12,625 nt of DNA from an uncultured Bdellovibrio sp. (GTDB taxonomy: Bacteria; Bdellovibrionota; Bdellovibrionia; Bdellovibrionales; Bdellovibrionaceae), in contig CAWVRN010000052.1 of the NCBI GenBank assembly GCA_963932905.1, positions 1 through 12,625 of the forward strand, read 5' to 3'. Numbering within the stretch: the stretch's first letter is position 1; each line of letters starts with the position of its first letter. Below the pieces are notes generated by a model. It worked only from the letters and a program-made list of their open reading frames with translations. It was not told the origin of the DNA and made no database searches. Positions 8,501 to 12,625 of the stretch are shown piece by piece. The translations under genes and the position numbers were made by a program.

Positions 8501-10625
8501 AACTACTGACATTAGCAGGTTGATTAGCCACAACTTGCGTCTGAGTTCCATCTAGAAGAGTCGGGGTAAGGTAAACCGGTCTGTTTAAAATATTTTGTTG
8601 AGCGTACCCAAGGTTTACAGACATTGAAGATTTTGAAAAGTATCGATTTGGTCCAGTAAAAGAAGTCGGAACGGTCGATCCATCAAAATTAAGCGTTTGG
8701 TCACCAGAAATATTAAGCTCAAAACTAAATGCCCCTTGACCGTTGCTTAGCGTTTGAAACGTGGTTCCGGATAGAGAGACCGTAACATTTGGAATGGCGA
8801 CATCGTTAATGTCGCGAATAATACCAGAAAGTCTTGTGATGCCGCTAAACTGAACAACGAATGACGAGGTTTGATTCACTCGGGGGTCTTCAACTGAAAC
8901 TGTCGCCGATTGAAACGGAGTCAGTTTTAATGAAAAACTGCCGTCTGGGTTAACGACGGATTCATCAGTGTTAAAGCTTAAAAAACCTTCGCTGGCTTTG
9001 ATGGTTAAACCAGGTCGAGAGGCTTGCTGCGCGCCGTGGATAAAAACCTGGTCTTCGACCTGAGTTAATGAAATTAACTCAGGAACTAGAAGCGGCGAAT
9101 GAATTTCTATCGACATTGATTTTTCTAAAATATTTCCGGCTAAGTCTTCTGCGTAAAATAGAATTTCCTGAGTTCCTTCGTATTGAGTTAAGTACTGAAT
9201 CGAAAATGATTTTTTATCTGACGATAAAACTATATCTTTGTTGTTAATTTTTAGTTTGCTTACCGGCTCACTAAACGAGCCCGACAACGTAAATTGGATG
9301 TCTTGCAAGATTTGATTCGGCGTCGGAGAAATGATGGTTAAAACTGGCAGAATAGTATCTCGATTTATTTTTAATATTTCAGAGATAGAAATGTTGCCGG
9401 CAATATCGGTACTTTCAACTTGTATTTGGTTTTCACCTTCTAACAAAAGGCTTGCTTCAAAGCTAAAATCTTTAGCGCCAGTTCTTAAAACATCGACGCC
9501 ATTAACTTTAATTATAGAATGAACGTCATTGGCTTCGGCTATGACGATTGGAATGGAAATCAGGCTCTGACTAGTTAATAGTCCTTGCTGGACACTAAAA
9601 GTAATGACGGGCGCCATATTATCTAATACTACCGAAAGTGGTAAACTTTGATTTAATACGTTACCTGCAAGATCTGTGGCTTGAATGGCTAAATTAGTAA
9701 TGCCTGACTGCAAAACGTTTAAGCTGTAAATACCAATTTTTCCACTTTCATCAAGCGCTACTTGATTTGAGTTAAGCAAAAGTGATTTTAAAGGCTCGTT
9801 TGAAAGAAATTGAACAGAAAGCGTTTTTGGTAAGGAATTGACATAAACAAGATCGTTTGAAGCCAAAGTAACACTTGGATTTATTTGATCCAAGACCACA
9901 TTTGAAATTAACGTCGGTGCCGCTACGTTGTTAAACTGATCTTGCGAGCGGATTTCAATATTATTGTTTCCGTTTATCAAGTCGAAACTAAAATTCTTTG
10001 CGGGTGTCGATACAACTACGGTGCCATTGATTAAAACACTCGTTGTAACATTTGATAAATCCTGAATTTGGACTGAGACAGATTTTTGGTTTGTAAAGGA
10101 ATTACTTAAAAGTTGGCTAACAATGATTGGTGCAGTGGTATCTAGCGGTGTGGACGGACGGTAAACGCCTAACGTAAAAGACGATGTAAAAAAACCCTTG
10201 TACTTGATCAACATGGTGTTTTTCAACTCTGGTTTAACCGAGATACTCAGCTGCGCTACATTTTGGTTAAAACTACTAGCATCAACTACTTTTTTTCCAT
10301 TCCAAGTTATCTCTGCGTACTCAACGCGAAAAAGCTCTCGATAAAGTAGGTTGGCAAGATTTTTAAGACCACACGATAATCTTTGAAGTAAGCCGCCCGT
10401 GCAGACGATATTTTCATGATTTTTGCCGTCGGCGTTCTTAATTTTAACAGTGAAGTTATTATTGATTGCGTCTGAACCTACATTAATAGTCTCGTTAACT
10501 TGATTGACCGATTTGAAGGTTCCCCGATAGGTCTTATCTGGAAAGACCGCGATTTGATCTGAGGTACTTAGAGCAAGAACAATTTGAGAGAACAATAAAA
10601 TAGCGATAGCCGTTAAGCGATACAT
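2469..10625 (-). CDS. Secreted teneurin-like NHL/YD-repeat (Rhs-core) protein, probable polymorphic toxin (2,718 aa)
   Basis: ATG 10625 with AAGGGGAG SD and Sec-type signal [18 protein letters not shown]. Ig-like repeats ([36 protein letters not shown]; ~10145..9100). Carboxypeptidase-regulatory/TTR-like [22 protein letters not shown] (~8835..8560). ZU5-like [24 protein letters not shown] (~8490..8140). NHL repeats such as [29 protein letters not shown] (~6495..5875). Many YD repeats (~5860..3260). Rhs core [31 protein letters not shown] and PVLLNDPSG (3059..3033). Confidence 0.93.
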   Translation of the reverse strand: [2718 protein letters not shown]

Positions 10626-10635
10626 GCGATGGCTC

Positions 10636-10689
10636 CCCTTAAGATTGGTTCGATAAAAGTCTCGGTGTTCTGAATCCAAGACTTAAGGG
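10636..10689 (-). promoter_or_regulatory. 5' leader inverted repeats overlapping the Shine-Dalgarno of the giant gene
   Basis: On the mRNA, CCCUUAAG (10689..10682) is perfectly complementary to CUUAAGGG (10643..10636), which includes AAGGG of the SD. A competing 9-bp stem AAGUCUUGG/CCGAGACUU spans 10684..10676 and 10665..10657. Confidence 0.5.
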
Positions 10690-10720
10690 TAAACAATTTT
10701 TATTGTATCTAAAAATGAGA

Positions 10721-10749
10721 ATTATATGTCGTTATCAAGGCCGAGTAAA
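10721..10749 (-). promoter_or_regulatory. Sigma70-type promoter for the giant gene
   Basis: Minus strand TTTACT-N17-TATAAT: perfect -10, 4/6 -35, 17-nt spacer, about 95 nt upstream of ATG 10625. The AT-rich background lowers specificity. Confidence 0.6.
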
Positions 10750-10942
10750 CTAGCTTACTATATCAACTAAAAAACTAGAGTCAGTCTTCAACTTGTAATT
10801 AATAAAAGATATCATAATAGAACACTTGCGCTTTTTATAAAAAAATAAGGTTAAGTTTCTATTGTAAGTGTCGAAAGAATACTTAGGTTAAAACCTTTTA
10901 CATTCAACGTCTTATCTAGGACACCCATCTTAGGTGAGTTTC

Positions 10943-10975
10943 AAGGGGCTCAAGAAATTGAGCCTTTTGTTTTTT
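10943..10975 (+). terminator. Rho-independent terminator
   Basis: GGCTCAA-GAAA-TTGAGCC perfect 7-bp stem with a GNRA loop, followed by TTTTGTTTTTT. Confidence 0.8.
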
Positions 10976-11190
10976 AATATCCGCGGTGACGATTTGAAAA
11001 TTTAGCTTTCATCTAAGTATTTTTTACAAAACTGCTATTTCGAATTAAAAATCAGATATTTCTCAGTAAAATCAATAGTGTGAACTAAAAACATCAGTTT
11101 TCTAAGCGCTGAAAATCTAGCACTTATTTTTTTCAACGAGAACTCGGCATTTATATAAAAACCGCAAATACGATGCTAATTCCATTACAT

Positions 11191-11205
11191 AACCGATTTT
11201 CGGTT
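11191..11205. promoter_or_regulatory. Perfect inverted repeat, candidate transcription-factor site
   Basis: AACCGA-TTT-TCGGTT, 14 bp upstream of the sigma54 -24 element. Confidence 0.4.
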
Positions 11206-11219
11206 GCAACTCCAAAACG

Positions 11220-11235
11220 TGGCCCCTTGGTTGCT
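11220..11235 (+). promoter_or_regulatory. Sigma54 (RpoN) -24/-12 promoter
   Basis: TGGCCCCTTGGTTGCT matches TGGCAC-N5-TTGCW with one mismatch and exact GG-N10-GC spacing, 45 nt upstream of ATG 11281. Confidence 0.75.
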
Positions 11236-11280
11236 TTATAACCTAACGACTCGATCATTCACGATGGGTCAGGGGGAAGT

Positions 11281-12625
11281 ATGATTCACAAAGTTCTATT
11301 GGTCGACGACGACCCGCTAATTGCTGAAGACTTTAAGCGATCGACAGCTGCCGAGCCTACACTGGACATAAACTGGGTTAGCTCGGGTCACGATGCCATT
11401 CGCTTAGTTGAAAAGAATCCGCGCCTGTTTTCAGTTATAATCATGGATTACCTTATGCCTGCATTAAGCGGGGCCGAAACGACGAAAAGGCTTCTGGAAG
11501 TTAATCCCGATTTACTTATTGCCGTATACTCCGGCGATCAAACGCGAGAGGCGATCAAAACTAGCTATGCTGCCGGCGCGGTTGAGTTTTTAGATAAAGG
11601 CATATCAAGCCACGAACTTATAAGAAGTCTAAAATCGTTTTGCAAAAAATTTGAGGATACATTCCAGACTCTTCAGCCAGAAGACACTCCAAGTCACTGC
11701 GAAGAGATTATTAAATCAGTTGGAATGATTGGACGCTCACCTAAATTAGCAGAAGTAGCAAAAACAATTAAAGCAGCCGCAGGCAGTGACTGCAATGTCG
11801 TTATTTATGGTGAAACCGGAACGGGAAAAGAATTAGTTGCTCGTGCGCTTCATAATTTATCAGACAGAAAAAATCGCCCCTTTGTTCAGCTTAATGTCGC
11901 AACACTTTCTCCAGAGCTTTTTGAAAGCGAAATGTTTGGGCATACTAAGGGCTCATTCACCGGAGCAATTGTCGACAAAGTTGGAAAATTTAAACTTGCC
12001 CATAGCGGAACTATATTTTTAGATGAAATTGCCGAACTACGATTAGACCTACAGGCTCGCCTGCTGCGGGTTCTTCAAGACGGTGATTTCTTTCCTTTAG
12101 GTAGCAATAAACCGGAAAAAGTGGACGTTCGAGTCATTGCTGCCTCCAACAAAGAGCTTGAGAAAGCCGTTAAAGATGGGACGTTCCGGGAGGATCTATA
12201 CTACCGTCTTAACGTTTTAAAAATAAAGACCTACCCGCTTCGAGAACGTCCAGAAGATCTCCGTCCGCTAGTTTTATATTTTCAAAAAAAATACCGGGGT
12301 AGTGAGAAGGTATTTCTAATGAAGACAATAAAAATGATGGAACTTTATAAATGGAGCGGCAATATCCGCGAGCTTGAAAACGAGATCGAGCGTATTATGC
12401 TGACTCTACCTGTAAACAAAATTGAACCAATTCATTTGGATTCAAAATTTTTCGCTGAAGAAAACCAAGTTAGCTCAACTCCGCAAATCAAAGATTTTTC
12501 CGATTTGAATATTTTCGTTAAAAATTTAGAAAAGAATTTAATTTCAGATGGAATCAAAAGATCACAAAATAATTTAAAGATTGCGTCGGAAGCTCTAGGC
12601 ATTGGTTATTCCACGCTCAGAGCAA
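11281..12625 (+). CDS. Sigma54-dependent response regulator, NtrC/AtoC family (REC-AAA+-Fis HTH), partial at the right edge
   Basis: ATG 11281 after AGGGGGAAG. REC domain KVLLVDDD...IIMDYLMPALSG...GAVEFLDK; Walker A GETGTGKELVARALH; ESEMFGHTKGSFTGA (GAFTGA variant); Walker B GTIFLDEI; FREDLYYRLNV; WSGNIRELEN; start of HTH NLKIASEALGIGYSTL. No stop in the window, so it is missing from the ORF track. Confidence 0.96.
   Translation, partial: MIHKVLLVDDDPLIAEDFKRSTAAEPTLDINWVSSGHDAIRLVEKNPRLFSVIIMDYLMPALSGAETTKRLLEVNPDLLIAVYSGDQTREAIKTSYAAGAVEFLDKGISSHELIRSLKSFCKKFEDTFQTLQPEDTPSHCEEIIKSVGMIGRSPKLAEVAKTIKAAAGSDCNVVIYGETGTGKELVARALHNLSDRKNRPFVQLNVATLSPELFESEMFGHTKGSFTGAIVDKVGKFKLAHSGTIFLDEIAELRLDLQARLLRVLQDGDFFPLGSNKPEKVDVRVIAASNKELEKAVKDGTFREDLYYRLNVLKIKTYPLRERPEDLRPLVLYFQKKYRGSEKVFLMKTIKMMELYKWSGNIRELENEIERIMLTLPVNKIEPIHLDSKFFAEENQVSSTPQIKDFSDLNIFVKNLEKNLISDGIKRSQNNLKIASEALGIGYSTLRA

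Noticed and set aside
9331..9522. 63-aa plus-strand ORF
   Set aside because: Antisense shadow within the Ig-like repeats.
10626..10679. TTG start at 10679 for the giant ORF
   Set aside because: ATG 10625 has a strong SD and places the signal peptide at the N-terminus; the extension is the structured leader.
10859..10885. Short resemblance (CTATTGTA...TC.AAAGAATA) to the paralogue 3 coding strand near 662..680
   Set aside because: Gapped, under 20 nt, AT-rich and same-sense as the mRNA, so not antisense; consistent with chance.
10860..10940. GAAA-capped hairpin as a c-di-GMP-I riboswitch
   Set aside because: Lacks the GGCAAA and GACGCAAA conserved segments, and no adjacent ORF follows the terminator.
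11837..12022. 61-aa plus-strand ORF
   Set aside because: Alternative frame inside the AAA+ domain of the regulator.

Overview
AT-rich bacterial window with two divergent units. On the minus strand, a 2,718-aa signal-peptide-bearing teneurin-like YD/Rhs protein (2469..10625) has Ig-like repeats, a TTR/carboxypeptidase-regulatory-like domain, a ZU5-like domain, an FN-plug-like segment, an NHL propeller, a YD shell and a PxxxxDPxG cleavage motif. Its 186-aa C-terminal payload is a Gly/Ala-rich hydrophobic segment plus a polar tail, with no recognisable enzyme motif. Three paralogous membrane-protein genes follow (putative immunity/partner array; 200 aa, 263 aa and a truncated 76 aa). The second is preceded by a 122-bp copy of the last 33 toxin codons plus the stop/start junction, differing almost only at synonymous sites. 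A 71-aa ORF and a Cys-rich lipoprotein (partial, missing from the ORF track) lie further downstream. On the plus strand is an NtrC/AtoC-type sigma54-dependent response regulator (11281..end, partial, missing from the ORF track) with its own sigma54 promoter. The ~650-bp intergenic region also has a sigma70-like promoter for the giant gene, a leader able to fold over its Shine-Dalgarno, and an orphan intrinsic terminator after a run of hairpins. Domain calls come from motif recognition by eye, not database searches.
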